Source: an uncultured Phycisphaerales bacterium
Lineage (GTDB): Bacteria; Planctomycetota; Phycisphaerae; Tepidisphaerales; Tepidisphaeraceae
DNA length: 64,000 bases
Assembly (NCBI GenBank): GCA_963755915.1
Contig: CAVWLP010000002.1
Coordinates: forward strand, 2,528,001 to 2,592,000
Direction: 5' to 3'
Under the pieces are notes generated by a model, which saw only the letters and a list, made by a program, of their open reading frames with translations, was not told the DNA's origin and searched no databases. A program made the translations under genes and the position numbers. Of this stretch, positions 1 to 10,790 are shown one piece after another. Position 1 is the first letter of the stretch; each line of letters begins with the position of its first letter.

Positions 1-214
1 CATCTTCTGATTCCTCTTGTTCGCTTAAACATTATATCGTCGATTTAAAACGATGTGGCCGGAATTTGGACGAATTATGCTAGGGATTCCCATGCAGAAA
101 AACGCCCCCGTGTTCGGGCTCGCCGGGTTCTCGGATGGTTTTTTCGCAGCCGAGGAAGCCGGCGAGAAGGCCGATTGTTGCGAGCAGTTGGAGCCAGCGG
201 CGCATGGGGGGAAT

Positions 215-1468
215 TTAGCGAATTGACATGGCGTTTACCACAGCGTCGCAGAATTGGCCGCAGAGAAGGGACTGGCTGAGGGTTTCGTTGAGGACTTTGG
301 CGGCGGTTTGGCCCATGGTGGAAAGCTCGTCTTGGGGAAGTTGGCGGAGGCGATGGATGGCGGCGATGGCGGCGGGGACGTCGTCGTGGGAAATCTGGAT
401 GCCGATGTTGTGCTTGTCGAGGAGGTCGGCGATGTGGGAGGGGCGCGGGCCGAGGAAGAGGACGGGGCGGGCGACGGCCATGGCGCCGTAGATTTTGCAG
501 GGGTGGACGATGCCGACCATCTCCGGGCCGAGGGAGACGATGTGAACGTCCGCCGCCGATAGGGAGTATTTGAGCTGGTCGAGGGGCTGGTAGGGGAGGG
601 AGATGGCGTTGGTGAGCGTGTGATCGGCAATGTATTGCTCGACCTGTTTTTTTCCGCTGCCGCCGCCGACGAAGAGGAAACGTAGCTCGGGGTCGTCTTT
701 TAATTGGACGACGGCGTCGAGGAGCGTCGTGAGGGGGTTGCTGGGGCTGTGGTTGCCGCTGTACATGATGACGAATTTGCCGTTGAGATTGTGGCGGGTG
801 CGGAAGGGGTTTTCGGCGGGGGCGTCGGGTTCGGATTGGATGTGAGTTTCGTGTGGCCAGGGGGGGAGGACGAGGATTTTCGATTCGGGGATGCCGCGGG
901 CGGTTAGGCGCTGGAGCATGAAACGGTCGAGGGCGATGATCAGGACGCTGCGATTTAAGATGAAGCGGTTGACGGCTTCGAGGAATTTGGCGGTGAATTG
1001 GGTGGGTTGGAGTTTGCCGAGGGCGATGAGCTGATCGGGGTTGAGGTCCATGGCCCAGTAGACGGCGGGCACTCGGCGGAGGAAGGCGGCGATGGTCATC
1101 GGCAGGCCGATGAGGGGGGGACTTGTGCTGAAGAAGATGCCGGCGATGCGCGGGGTGAAGAGGACGGCGAAGAAGGCCTGGATCATGAAGGCGGCGGTGC
1201 CGAGGATGCGGAGGAGCATCGATTTTTTGCCGAAGGAGGCGAAGGGTATTCGGCGGATGTCGACGCCGTGGAGGGTTTCGCGTTTGGGGTAGACGATTTT
1301 GGGGTTTTCGAAGCCGCGGGCGGAGCAATAGACGCGGACGTTGAAATTGCCGGAGGCGTGGCCGCGACGGGCGAGCTCGATGGCGACGTCAGCGACGTGC
1401 TGACCGACGCTGGCGGGGTCGGGGACGAAGGTCTGGGAGACGATGAGGACGGTTTTGGGTCGGGGCAT
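215..1468 (-). CDS. Glycosyltransferase family 4 (WcaI-like)
   Basis: 417 aa ORF. N-terminal VSQTFVPDPASVGQ, MDLNPDQ, and C-terminal YSGNH..ADVHIVSL..HPCKIYGAMAVARPV motifs typical of GT4. Confidence 0.9.
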   Translation of the reverse strand: MPRPKTVLIVSQTFVPDPASVGQHVADVAIELARRGHASGNFNVRVYCSARGFENPKIVYPKRETLHGVDIRRIPFASFGKKSMLLRILGTAAFMIQAFFAVLFTPRIAGIFFSTSPPLIGLPMTIAAFLRRVPAVYWAMDLNPDQLIALGKLQPTQFTAKFLEAVNRFILNRSVLIIALDRFMLQRLTARGIPESKILVLPPWPHETHIQSEPDAPAENPFRTRHNLNGKFVIMYSGNHSPSNPLTTLLDAVVQLKDDPELRFLFVGGGSGKKQVEQYIADHTLTNAISLPYQPLDQLKYSLSAADVHIVSLGPEMVGIVHPCKIYGAMAVARPVLFLGPRPSHIADLLDKHNIGIQISHDDVPAAIAAIHRLRQLPQDELSTMGQTAAKVLNETLSQSLLCGQFCDAVVNAMSIR

Positions 1469-1487
1469 GGGAGGACAGATTCAGCGG

Positions 1488-1605
1488 GAAATCCGAATTC
1501 CGAAACCAGAATTCCGAATCAAATCCGAATGACGAAATCCGAATGGGCTGTCGTTGATTCGGATTTCAGATTTGAGATTTCAAATTTCAGATTTCTGATT
1601 TCAAA
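1488..1605. repeat. Imperfect heptamer tandem/inverted repeat (AATCCGA/ATTTCAG type)
   Basis: aatccgaattccgaaaccagaattccgaatcaaatccgaatgacgaaatccgaa followed by ttcggatttcagatttgagatttcaaatttcagattt. A related block lies at 6267-6390. Confidence 0.75.
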
Positions 1606-1607
1606 GC

Positions 1608-2591
1608 TTACCGCTTACTCGCGATCTGATCGTAAATCCAGCGGTAGGTCTTTTCCATCCCGACGCGCAAGCTTGGTATTCGGTTCCCAGCCCATGAGCT
1701 TTTTGATCAGGGTGTTGTCGCTGTTTCGGCCGTTGACGCCCTTGGGGGCTTTTAGATTGTAGGTTCGTTTGAGCTTGATGCCGGCGATGTCTTCGACGAT
1801 GTCGACTAGCTGGTTGATGGAGACCAGTTCGTTGCTGCCGAGGTTGATGGGCTCGATGATTTCGCTCCAGAGGAGGTCCTGGGTGCCTTTGAGGCAGTCG
1901 GCGATATACATGAAGGAGCGGGTCTGGTGGCCGTCGCCCCAGATTTCGATTTCGTGCTTGCCGGAGAGCTTGGCTTCGATGACTTTGCGGCAGATGGCGG
2001 CGGGGGCTTTTTCGCGGCCGCCGTCGTAGGTGCCGTGGGGGCCGTAGACGTTGTGATAGCGGGCGACGCGGGTGTTGAGGCCGAAGTCTTCGCGGAAATG
2101 GCGGCACATGCGTTCGCTGAAGAGTTTTTCCCAGCCGTAGCCGTCTTCGGGCTGGCCGGGGTAGGCGTCTTCTTCCTTGAGGGCGGTGACGTTGGGGTCG
2201 CGCTGCTTGTCGGCGTTGTAGACGCAGGCGCTGGAGGCGTAGAAGAAGCGCTCGATGCCGTACTCCTTGGCGGCCATGCAGAGGTGGGTGTTGATCAGGA
2301 CGCTGAGCATGCACAGGCGCGGTTGTTTTCGATGAAGCCCATGCCGCCCATGTCGGCGGCGAGGTTGTAGACGATGCGGGCGTCTTTGAGGGCTTTTTCG
2401 CAGGCTTCTTTGCCCTGGAGATCGAGCTGGAGGTTTTCGACGTTGGGGAAGCGCTGGTACCACTCACCTGTGGGCTTGATATCGACGGCGCGGAGGTTGG
2501 TGTGGCCTTTGGAGAGGAGGTCGCCGATGAGGTGACCACCGATAAAACCGCCTGCGCCGCAAACAACGACTTTGTCTTTTAGGTTGGGCAT
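1608..2591 (-). CDS. NAD-dependent epimerase/dehydratase, GDP-mannose 3',5'-epimerase-like (two apparent frameshifts)
   Basis: N-part (ORF 2295..2606) has GAGGFIG and NLAADMGGMGFI. C-part (ORF 1615..2463) has YASSACVY, YGWEK, REKAPAAICRKV, WGDG.QTRSF. Frame breaks at ~2315 and ~1665; the alternative frame ends MEKTYRWIYDQIASKR* at 1608. Confidence 0.85.
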
Positions 2592-2920
2592 AATCTCTCT
2601 CTGCATCGGAAAAAACGGGTACGGCCTATATTTGCCGAAAGGGATTTACGTTTAGTTTTACGGGTGGGTTTGAGGATATGCAATGATTATGAGACGGGCG
2701 TGTGGGGAGAATTTTTGGGGCGGGGGCATTGGGTACAAAAGGTAACAGTCCTCAACAATCTGGGTTATTTAGGTTGATTGGGTAAGTAAATTCCACGGAT
2801 TTTTCGTGTCGCAAATCAGGTAGGCCAATGCGCATACGGGACTACGGCTTCCCGCAATTTCTGAAGCAAAAAATGGGCTTAGTGTCGGACTGTGCCAGTA
2901 TTGCCGGTTTATTTTGAACA

Positions 2921-4114
2921 TTGATGTCGGGTAATTACAATGGCGTTCACGAGCGAAAAAAGGAGGGAATTGTGATACGTGCAAATGGATTGTCGAATGG
3001 GCATTTTTCCCGCTTGTTGCTGGCAATTGGCTCGTCGGTAGCGGTCTTGCTCGCCGCGCTTCCCGTCAGTGGCGGCTCCGTGCAATACACGGTTACAGAC
3101 TTGGGGGATCCGACAGGGACTGGAATGGATCCGGTCGCGATCAATATTGCCGGGCAGGTGGTCGGGAATTATGAACAATCTCAAAGCAGTAATACCGTTG
3201 CTTTTACGTGGGACTTGGTGCATGGCTTGCAAGTGATTGATTCTTCGCTCAGTTCGAAGGCGAATGGGGTCAACAGTTCGGGGACAGTTGTGGGGTGGGA
3301 CAGCAACAATGGTTCTTTCGAGTGGACCGCGCAAGGCGGGCTGACCTATTTCCAAAATTTCTTCGGGGAGGAGAACGCCGCCTGGGGTATCAATAACTCT
3401 GGAACCATTTGCGGAACGTCCTATCCCAACACCAACGAAGGGTACACGTACAGCAAAACGGGAGGTTTTACGGCGCTGGGATTTCTGGGCACGGGGACGG
3501 CTGACACGGGCATGGCGATCAACAATGTTGGGCAGGTTGCGGGGGTGGCTCTGGCAGGGAACGTGGAAGCCGGGCTTTGGACTCCGGGATCGGGGTGGAG
3601 GGATCTTGGGCAGATTTCTTCGGGGGGGACGGTGAGCGGGATCAATGACAGCGCGGAGGTTGTGGGGTCGATGTTCGTCAATAATTTTAACGGTGAAGCG
3701 CCGTATGAGTGGACTGCGAGCACCGGTCTGACGCCACTGGCGACGTTTAAGGGGGAGGGGGACAATGCGGCGATCGGAATCAACAACAGCGGGGTGATTG
3801 TGGGGTATTCGTATTTCGGGGGGGTTGGTTCAGATAACTACGATCATGCGGCAATGTGGACGGGGGGGCAGTTGGTGGATCTCAATTCGCTGATCGACCC
3901 GAGTTCGGGGTGGCTGCTGACTACCGCGACGGCAATTAACGAGGGAGGGGAGATCGTTGGATCGGGGAATGGGGAACCGAGCGGGTTTTTGCTCACGCCC
4001 GTGGTCCCTGAGCCGGGGACAGCGGCGATTGTGGGGATCGGTGTGATGATGCTTTTGCGGCGGCGGGCGCGTGGGAGAGTTGAGCAGCGGAGGGTAGAAA
4101 GCAGAACAGAATAA
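2921..4114 (+). CDS. PEP-CTERM protein with HAF-type extracellular repeats
   Basis: Signal peptide, YTVTDLG start, repeated A.(G/A)IN..G.(V/I)(V/A)G units, DLNSLIDPSSGW, and C-terminal VPEP + TM helix + RRRAR. True start may be further downstream. Confidence 0.85.
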   Translation: MMSGNYNGVHERKKEGIVIRANGLSNGHFSRLLLAIGSSVAVLLAALPVSGGSVQYTVTDLGDPTGTGMDPVAINIAGQVVGNYEQSQSSNTVAFTWDLVHGLQVIDSSLSSKANGVNSSGTVVGWDSNNGSFEWTAQGGLTYFQNFFGEENAAWGINNSGTICGTSYPNTNEGYTYSKTGGFTALGFLGTGTADTGMAINNVGQVAGVALAGNVEAGLWTPGSGWRDLGQISSGGTVSGINDSAEVVGSMFVNNFNGEAPYEWTASTGLTPLATFKGEGDNAAIGINNSGVIVGYSYFGGVGSDNYDHAAMWTGGQLVDLNSLIDPSSGWLLTTATAINEGGEIVGSGNGEPSGFLLTPVVPEPGTAAIVGIGVMMLLRRRARGRVEQRRVESRTE

Positions 4115-4184
4115 ATGGTCACGCGGAGAGGGGGGAGTTACGGGGGTTGGGGCGAAAAACGAACACGGCGAACAAGCTCGCCGG

Positions 4185-5159
4185 CTACACGGGGGTGGGG
4201 GAATAGTCGCGTTCCGTTAGCTTGTCGCGGTGGGATTCGAACCAGTCGATGGTCTTTTTTAGACCGGCTTCCAACGTGGTTTTGGCGGTGAAGCCTATGG
4301 TGTCTTTGGCGCGGGTGACGTCCAGGCATCTTCTTGGCTGGCCATCGGGTTTGGTAGGGTCCCAGATGATTTGGCCTTCGAAGCGGCTTAGTTTGGCGAC
4401 GAGTTCTGTGAGGTCCTTGATCGTTATTTCGCGGCCGCTGCCCAGGTTCATGGGTTCTGGGGAATCGTATTTTTCGAGGGCTAAGACGATTCCTTCGGCG
4501 CAGTCTTCTACGTAGAGGAATTCGCGGCTCACTTTTCCCGTGCCCCAGGCGGTGATGCTCTTGGCGCCGGCGAGACGGGCTTCCACGCATTTTCTTATCA
4601 GAGCGGGAATGACGTGGCTGGAGTGGGGGTGGAAATTGTCGGCGGGGCCAAAGAGGTTGACCGGTAAGAGATAAATCGCGTTGAGGTTGTATTGCTGGCG
4701 GTAGGATTGTGCCATCACGAGGAGGGCTTTTTTGGCTACGCCGTAGGGGGCGTTGGTTTCTTCGGGGTAGCCGTTCCAGAGGTCGGCTTCTTTGAAGGGG
4801 ACGGGGGTGAATTTTGGGTAGGCGCAGATGCTGCCGATCTGGACGAATTTTTTGATCTTGTTGATTCTCGCCTGCTCGATGAGATGCATGCCCATGGCGA
4901 GGTTGGCGAAGAAGAAGCGGCCGGGGTTGTCGCGGTTGGCGCCGATGCCGCCGACTTCGGCGGCGAGATGGAGAACCACGTCGGGCTTTTGCTCGCGGTA
5001 GAGGCGCTGGACTTCGGATTCGTGCGTCAGTTCGAAATCTTTTCGGCGGGGGATGAAGATGTTTTTGAAGCCTTTGGTCTTGAGGATGTCGACGACGAAA
5101 GCGCCGACGAAACCGGCGCCGCCGGTGATGACGATTTTGTTGTTCGGGGAGAGGCTCAT
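4185..5159 (-). CDS. fcl: GDP-L-fucose synthase
   Basis: [52 protein letters not shown]. Overlaps the gmd stop. Confidence 0.95.
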   Translation of the reverse strand: MSLSPNNKIVITGGAGFVGAFVVDILKTKGFKNIFIPRRKDFELTHESEVQRLYREQKPDVVLHLAAEVGGIGANRDNPGRFFFANLAMGMHLIEQARINKIKKFVQIGSICAYPKFTPVPFKEADLWNGYPEETNAPYGVAKKALLVMAQSYRQQYNLNAIYLLPVNLFGPADNFHPHSSHVIPALIRKCVEARLAGAKSITAWGTGKVSREFLYVEDCAEGIVLALEKYDSPEPMNLGSGREITIKDLTELVAKLSRFEGQIIWDPTKPDGQPRRCLDVTRAKDTIGFTAKTTLEAGLKKTIDWFESHRDKLTERDYSPTPV

Positions 5160-6181
5160 TTCTGTCCCTGGTCTTTGAGGAGCCGCTCGCGCTGGGCGAG
5201 TTTCATGTCGGCGTCGACCATCATTTTAGCAAGCTGTTTGAAGGTAATCTTTGGGGTCCAGCCGAGGACTTTTTTGGCTTTGGAGGCGTCGCCGAGGAGG
5301 AGGTCGACCTCGGCGGGGCGGAAATAGCGGGGGTCGACTTCTACATATTTTTGCCAGTCGAGATTGAGGCAGGCGAAGACTTCGTCGAGGAATTCGCGGA
5401 CGGAGTGGGTTTCGCCGGTGGCGATGACGAAGTCATCCGCGGCGGGGAGCTGGAGCATTAGCCACATGGCTTCGACGTAGTCGCCGGCAAAGCCCCAGTC
5501 GCGCTTGGCGTCGAGATTTCCCAGGTAGAGTTTTTTCTGGAGGCCTTCCTTGATGCGGGTTGCGGCGCGGGTGATTTTGCGGGTGACGAAGGTTTCGCCG
5601 CGGCGGGGGCTTTCGTGGTTGAAGAGGATGCCGTTGCAGGCATACATGCCGTAGCTTTCGCGGTAGTTGACGGTTTGCCAGTAGCTATAGACTTTTGCGC
5701 AGGCGTAGGGGCTGCGGGGATAGAAGGGGGTTTTTTCGGTTTGGGGGGTTTCGACGACTTTGCCGTACATTTCGGTGCTGGAGGCCTGGTAGAAGCGGAT
5801 GGGGAGTCCGGTGTCGCGGATGGCTTCGAGGAAATTCATGGTTCCGAGGGCGTCGACGGCCACGGTATAAACGGGCTGGTCGAAACTGACGCGGACGTGG
5901 GACTGGGCGCCGAGATTAAAGATTTCGTCCGGCTTGACTCTCGTGAGGATTTCGCGGAGGCCGGTGCCGTCGACGAGATCGCCGTAGTGGAGGAAGAGAC
6001 GGGCGTTGGGGTCGTGGCGATCGCGATAGAGGTGCTCGATGCGATCGGTGTTGAAGGAGGAGCTGCGGCGGACGATGCCGTGGACGTCGTAGCCTTTGGC
6101 GAGGAGGAATTCGGCGAGGTAGGAGCCGTCCTGGCCGGTGATTCCGGTGATGAGGGCTGTCTTGCCGGTGGGGGATTGCAT
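5156..6181 (-). CDS. gmd: GDP-mannose 4,6-dehydratase
   Basis: [66 protein letters not shown]. Confidence 0.97.
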   Translation of the reverse strand: MQSPTGKTALITGITGQDGSYLAEFLLAKGYDVHGIVRRSSSFNTDRIEHLYRDRHDPNARLFLHYGDLVDGTGLREILTRVKPDEIFNLGAQSHVRVSFDQPVYTVAVDALGTMNFLEAIRDTGLPIRFYQASSTEMYGKVVETPQTEKTPFYPRSPYACAKVYSYWQTVNYRESYGMYACNGILFNHESPRRGETFVTRKITRAATRIKEGLQKKLYLGNLDAKRDWGFAGDYVEAMWLMLQLPAADDFVIATGETHSVREFLDEVFACLNLDWQKYVEVDPRYFRPAEVDLLLGDASKAKKVLGWTPKITFKQLAKMMVDADMKLAQRERLLKDQGQK

Positions 6182-6229
6182 GAGTATGCTCCGAAACGAG
6201 GGGTGGAAGTTAATGGGATTTGATTAGGG

Positions 6230-6766
6230 ATGCAAATGGACTGGTTTGGATCGAGATTTGGGTCGGGAAATCCGAAATCCGAAACCAGAATGACGAATCA
6301 AATCCGAAACCAGAATGACGAACGGTCGAGGCATTCGGGTTTCGGTCATTCGGGTTTGATTCTGGTTTCTGGTTTCGGGCTTCTGGTTTTGTTCGCGGAT
6401 GCCCGCGCTCAGTCCGTTTCCCCGACCCCATTCTATTACGCCAGCGGTACGCCGTATGATGCGCAGGATAAGACGCTGATCGTGGGGGCGAATCAGAGTT
6501 TGGGGCAGGCGGTGGTTTCTGGGGATCGGAAGCGTGTGACGCTGGATTTGGATACGGGGCTGCTGGGGTCGGCGGGGGTGGCGGGGTTTACTTATCAGCG
6601 AGGGGGGAGGGGGTTTGTGGGGAGCGCGGCCGCGGCGCCGGCGGCTTCACCGGGCGCGGGGAACGGGTTGATGCCTACGATAAAGACGTCGCCTTCGGAT
6701 ATTGAGCCGGATCTTTCGGTCCTCGATAAGCCAGGGATGGTTTTGATTGCTCCTTTGGGAAGATAA
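6230..6766 (+). CDS. Hypothetical secreted protein (start uncertain)
   Basis: ORF ends 2 bp before the next gene. Hydrophobic stretch ending in ARA-Q. AVVSGDRKRVTL resembles a secretin C-terminal-like strand (weak). Confidence 0.55.
   Translation: MQMDWFGSRFGSGNPKSETRMTNQIRNQNDERSRHSGFGHSGLILVSGFGLLVLFADARAQSVSPTPFYYASGTPYDAQDKTLIVGANQSLGQAVVSGDRKRVTLDLDTGLLGSAGVAGFTYQRGGRGFVGSAAAAPAASPGAGNGLMPTIKTSPSDIEPDLSVLDKPGMVLIAPLGR
6267..6390. repeat. Imperfect heptamer inverted-repeat element
   Basis: aatccgaaatccgaaaccagaatgacgaatcaaatccgaaaccagaatgacgaa ... ttcggtcattcgggtttgattctggtttctggtttcggg (left and right arms roughly complementary). Confidence 0.75.
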
Positions 6767-6768
6767 AG

Positions 6769-9700
6769 ATGACAACGAATAATTCTGATGCGGCTGGACC
6801 CGATTCCAGGGGGGCGGGGGAGAATCCTCCGGGAAAGTCGCCCGCGCCTCCGAAGAAGAAGCGGCGGTGGATTCTCAAGTCGGTGGTGGGGATGGTGGTT
6901 TTGATTTTGCTGCTGGTCTTGTTGGCGCCGACGATTGTCAGCACGGGAGTCGTGCGCGATATTGTCGTGGGGAAGATCAATGGCAGCGCGATCAATGGGA
7001 AGCTGGGGATCAAAGACTGGTCGTTTGGATGGACGAGCGGGATTCGGATCGAGGGGGTGACGCTGGATGATGCGAATAATGAGCACCTGCTCTCGGTGGC
7101 GGAAATCAGTACGCCTCTTTCGCTGATCAAGGCGGCGAGCGGAAATCTGGACGTGGGGGATTTGACGGTGAAGGGTGTCGATTTTAATGCGAAGATCGAT
7201 TCATCGGGGCAGTTGAATATTGCGGGGGCGATTAAATCCAGCGGAAGCAGCAGTGCGCCTTCGAGTGGTGGGCCGTCGAAGCTGCCGAATGTGAAGGGGA
7301 CGATTCATCTGGAGAATGTGACGGGGACGTTTGAGGATGATCCGCAGCATGTGACGGTGAGTTTTCCGGGGAGTCAGCCGTTGAATGTGACGGTGGCGAT
7401 TAAGGATATCAATCAGCCCATTGAGGAGACGATTGATGCGGGGGTGCAGGTGAATCAGAGGCCGTTCGTGGTGCTCAAGGCGAGCGGGTCGGTGGCGGCG
7501 GTGCAGAATAATCTCGTGGATGTGAGCAAACTTTCGGGGACGCAGACGATTGAGCTTTCGCAGGGGGATTTGAGCGCGGTTTCGGACACGCTGAAGGCGA
7601 TGGGATTGGGTCTGGATGTGACGGGGAGTTTGAACGGGAAGATTACCGCGACGATCAATGGGCCGAGCAATATTTCGGCGGATGGGGATATTGCGCTGGC
7701 AGGAGCTTCGATGGGGGGGAAGCAGTGGTCGGGGGATACGATTGTGTATCAGAGCGTTCATGTTGGGCTGAAGGCGGCGGTGGGGCAGAGGATTGTGGCG
7801 GATGTGCCGATTACGCTTCAGCCGAGTGGGGCGGGAGCGCCGGATCAGGTGGCGGTGCATGCGGATATTGGGCAGGATTCGGTTTCGGGGCTGGGGGCGG
7901 TGGCGGCGTCGATCGCGCAGCAATTGGGGGGCTCGAACAAGGCGCCGGCGGCGACGATTCCGGGGTCGGGGCAAATCAATATCACGGCATACTGGAACGT
8001 GGCGGGGCTGGTAAGCCAGGCGCCGCACCTTTTCCAATTGCAGCAGGGGACAACGCTGACGAGCGGCGACCTGAGGCATGAGACGACGGTGACGGTGGCG
8101 GATGGGAAGGCGGTGATCGCGACGGCGACGTCGCTGAAGAATTTCGCGGGGACGAGCGGGGGGACGCCGCTGAAGCTGGATAATGTCGATGCGGATGCGG
8201 GGGTGACGGCGGTGGGGGGAGATCATCCGCAGCTTGCGGATATCAATGTGAAGCTGGACAGCGATTTTGCGAAGATTACCGGGGGCGGGGCGGACTTGAC
8301 CAAGACAACGATCCAGGGGAGCAGCGATCTGGCGACGATTCAGCAGAAATATGGGCAGTTGTTAAATTTCGATTCGATGTTCGGTGCGCCGGCGGGGAAG
8401 CATGTTTCGCTGGCAGGGGCGATTGGGTTTAACGCCTTCAGCAATGGGGATGTGACAGGAGGGGGGAATTTTGCGCTGGGAGGAAATTTTAGTCTGACGA
8501 ATTTGAATATTGCGGTGCCGGGCGGGCCCGCGCCGGCAGCGGCGTCGATTTTGCCGCTGACGAGTTCGCAGATTGGGGCGAAGTTTGAGCTGGATCGCGG
8601 GCAGGATGGGAGCAAGGTTTCGGCGAATGCATCCGTCGCTTCGCTGACGGTGGGAGAGGCCCTGAAGAATGAGGCAATCAACGCGACGGCGTCGGCGAAT
8701 CTGGCGCCGGATTTGTCGGCGGCGAGTGATTTGAACGTGAATGTGGATACGAGCTTTGCGAGGAAGATCAGCATTACGAGCAATCAGATCGTGCTGAAGA
8801 CGGCGCAGGGGTCGCAGTCGATTGATCTGGACCTCGAGGATTTGAATCTCGCGAAGATCGACGCGATTGCGAACCTGCTGTTCAACCAGGCGGCCGCCCC
8901 GGTGGCGGGGGAGACGACGGTTGTTGTCGTGCCGCCGCCGACGGTGACGAATGGGACGGCGACGGTGAAGGCCAGTGTATTGCAGAGTGGCGGGACGACG
9001 ACGGCCAATGTAACCAGCGTCATCGTGCATGGGCTGGTGATCAAAAATGGGGCGAATGTCTGCACCTGGCCGAATGACATCAAGGCGCAATTGGCGGCGC
9101 AAATTGGGGCGTCGGCGGCGTCGGTGACGGCGCTGAACGTGGACACGGGGATTGGGACGACGATTGGGCTTTCCGGGCAGACGCCGATCACGGCGACGGG
9201 GCTGAATGATCCGGCGAATATGGCGGTGAAGGGCGGGGTGACGATTGATGGGGAACTTGCGCCGGCGATGCGCGTGGCGGAAGTTTTTGGGGGAGCGGCG
9301 GTGAATGCGTATCCATACCAGGGGCATCTGCATGTGGATGAGAATTTGGCGAAGGATTCATCCGGGCCGCGGCTGCATGTGACGGGGGGTGGGACGATTA
9401 ACAATTTTGTGGTGCTGGGCAGCAGCGGGCAGGCGGGGTCGGCGATGCAGCCGGTGTTTTCCGAGAAGACGGTTGTGATTCAGAATCCGCTGGATTTCGA
9501 TTTCAACACGTTTTCGCTGATTATCGATAAGGGCAGTCCGGTGGCGATTGCGCTGCAATCCACCGGCGCGGTGAGGGTGAAACTGAGCGGGACGATAAAT
9601 GATCTGGCGCTGAAGCGGCAGATCGCGGATGACAATCCGGTGATGCTGACGCTGGATTATGATCTGGCGAAGCTGTGGCCGATCGTTAAGCCGATGCTTT

Positions 9701-10674
9701 CGCCGAGTTCGCAGCAGACGTTTTCGGATTTGACGATCAGCGGGAAGCAGGAGCGGACGATTACGGTGAGCGGAAGCTGCCCGGGCGATATGCCGTTTGG
9801 GCAGGCGGTGACGCTGCTGAATGCGGGCGGGTATCTGACGGTGGATTCGCTTTCGACGCAGGGGATCTCGCTGAGCAATTGGGATGTGCCGTTTTTCCTT
9901 TCGAAGGGGATCTTGCGGACGGTTTATCCGGATAAGCCGGATGGAAGCAATGTGGCAGCGCCGGCGAGCTGCAATGGGGGGACGCTGGATCTGGGGGTGA
10001 TTACGGTCGATCTGCGGACGGATCCGATGCTGGCGTATATCTCCGGCGCGACGGCGGCGGGGCCGCATTACCTGCTGAAAAATGTGTCGATCAATCCGGC
10101 TGTTTCCAAGAGCATCCTTGGGAAAATTCTGAACAACCCCGCGTTTGTGGGGGCGAACAATGCGCAGGGGCTGCTCAGTATCTGGGTGCAATACGCGGAT
10201 CGGTTGCCGCTGAGCGATCTGATTTTGCAGAGTTCGCCGCAGAACAAGTCGGCGGCGGAGTTGCAGTATTCGGTGACGGGGTTGCAACTGGGCAGCACGC
10301 TGCTTTCGGCGTTTGGCAATCAGTCGGTTTCCGCGGACATCAACAATGCGGATGTGAAAATTGCCGCAGGAAGGGTGACGGAGGACACGACGCTGATGAT
10401 CGACGGCAACAAGCCGCTGCGGTTTGCGGGGGTGGTGGTGCTGGCGACGAAGCAGTTCGCGCCGATGACGGTTTATATTCCGCCGGAGCTCTTCTCCAGG
10501 GCGCTGCCGGCGAACGTGCGGCAGTTTGTGAGCGGGCCGGTCGTGGTGCCGCTGAAGGGGGATATGAATAATCCGAAGCTGGATCTTGGGTCGGCGATTG
10601 CGCAGACGATTAAGCAGGGGGGGCAGCAGCAGCTTATTAATGGGCTGCTGAATGGGTTGCAGAGGATACATTAG
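6769..10674 (+). CDS. Large AsmA-like/beta-taco membrane-anchored protein
   Basis: 1301 aa. KKKRRW + single N-terminal TM helix (LVLLAPTIVS), long beta-strand-rich body, C-terminal VPLKGDMNNPKLD typical of AsmA-like C-termini. Confidence 0.7.
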   Translation: MTTNNSDAAGPDSRGAGENPPGKSPAPPKKKRRWILKSVVGMVVLILLLVLLAPTIVSTGVVRDIVVGKINGSAINGKLGIKDWSFGWTSGIRIEGVTLDDANNEHLLSVAEISTPLSLIKAASGNLDVGDLTVKGVDFNAKIDSSGQLNIAGAIKSSGSSSAPSSGGPSKLPNVKGTIHLENVTGTFEDDPQHVTVSFPGSQPLNVTVAIKDINQPIEETIDAGVQVNQRPFVVLKASGSVAAVQNNLVDVSKLSGTQTIELSQGDLSAVSDTLKAMGLGLDVTGSLNGKITATINGPSNISADGDIALAGASMGGKQWSGDTIVYQSVHVGLKAAVGQRIVADVPITLQPSGAGAPDQVAVHADIGQDSVSGLGAVAASIAQQLGGSNKAPAATIPGSGQINITAYWNVAGLVSQAPHLFQLQQGTTLTSGDLRHETTVTVADGKAVIATATSLKNFAGTSGGTPLKLDNVDADAGVTAVGGDHPQLADINVKLDSDFAKITGGGADLTKTTIQGSSDLATIQQKYGQLLNFDSMFGAPAGKHVSLAGAIGFNAFSNGDVTGGGNFALGGNFSLTNLNIAVPGGPAPAAASILPLTSSQIGAKFELDRGQDGSKVSANASVASLTVGEALKNEAINATASANLAPDLSAASDLNVNVDTSFARKISITSNQIVLKTAQGSQSIDLDLEDLNLAKIDAIANLLFNQAAAPVAGETTVVVVPPPTVTNGTATVKASVLQSGGTTTANVTSVIVHGLVIKNGANVCTWPNDIKAQLAAQIGASAASVTALNVDTGIGTTIGLSGQTPITATGLNDPANMAVKGGVTIDGELAPAMRVAEVFGGAAVNAYPYQGHLHVDENLAKDSSGPRLHVTGGGTINNFVVLGSSGQAGSAMQPVFSEKTVVIQNPLDFDFNTFSLIIDKGSPVAIALQSTGAVRVKLSGTINDLALKRQIADDNPVMLTLDYDLAKLWPIVKPMLSPSSQQTFSDLTISGKQERTITVSGSCPGDMPFGQAVTLLNAGGYLTVDSLSTQGISLSNWDVPFFLSKGILRTVYPDKPDGSNVAAPASCNGGTLDLGVITVDLRTDPMLAYISGATAAGPHYLLKNVSINPAVSKSILGKILNNPAFVGANNAQGLLSIWVQYADRLPLSDLILQSSPQNKSAAELQYSVTGLQLGSTLLSAFGNQSVSADINNADVKIAAGRVTEDTTLMIDGNKPLRFAGVVVLATKQFAPMTVYIPPELFSRALPANVRQFVSGPVVVPLKGDMNNPKLDLGSAIAQTIKQGGQQQLINGLLNGLQRIH

Positions 10675-10790
10675 AGACGTGGTTTGCTGCAAAAAATCTT
10701 GGGAATTTTAGGGACAATTAAAGATGAGGTGAACCTTAACTCTAAGGATTATGTCCCTTTTAGTTCGTCCGGACAAAGGGTGTACCATCA

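Noticed and set aside
75-1328. Long Arg/Pro-rich alternative-frame and antisense ORFs throughout (e.g. 75..1328, 9358..10692, 34746..35678, 62186..63265)
   Set aside because: Shadow ORFs of high-GC genes with no motifs, overlapping well-supported CDSs.
1488-1605. Possible CRISPR array (also 6267-6390, 28543-28575, 36908-37097)
   Set aside because: Units are 6-7-bp degenerate tandem repeats without unique spacers, and no cas genes are present.
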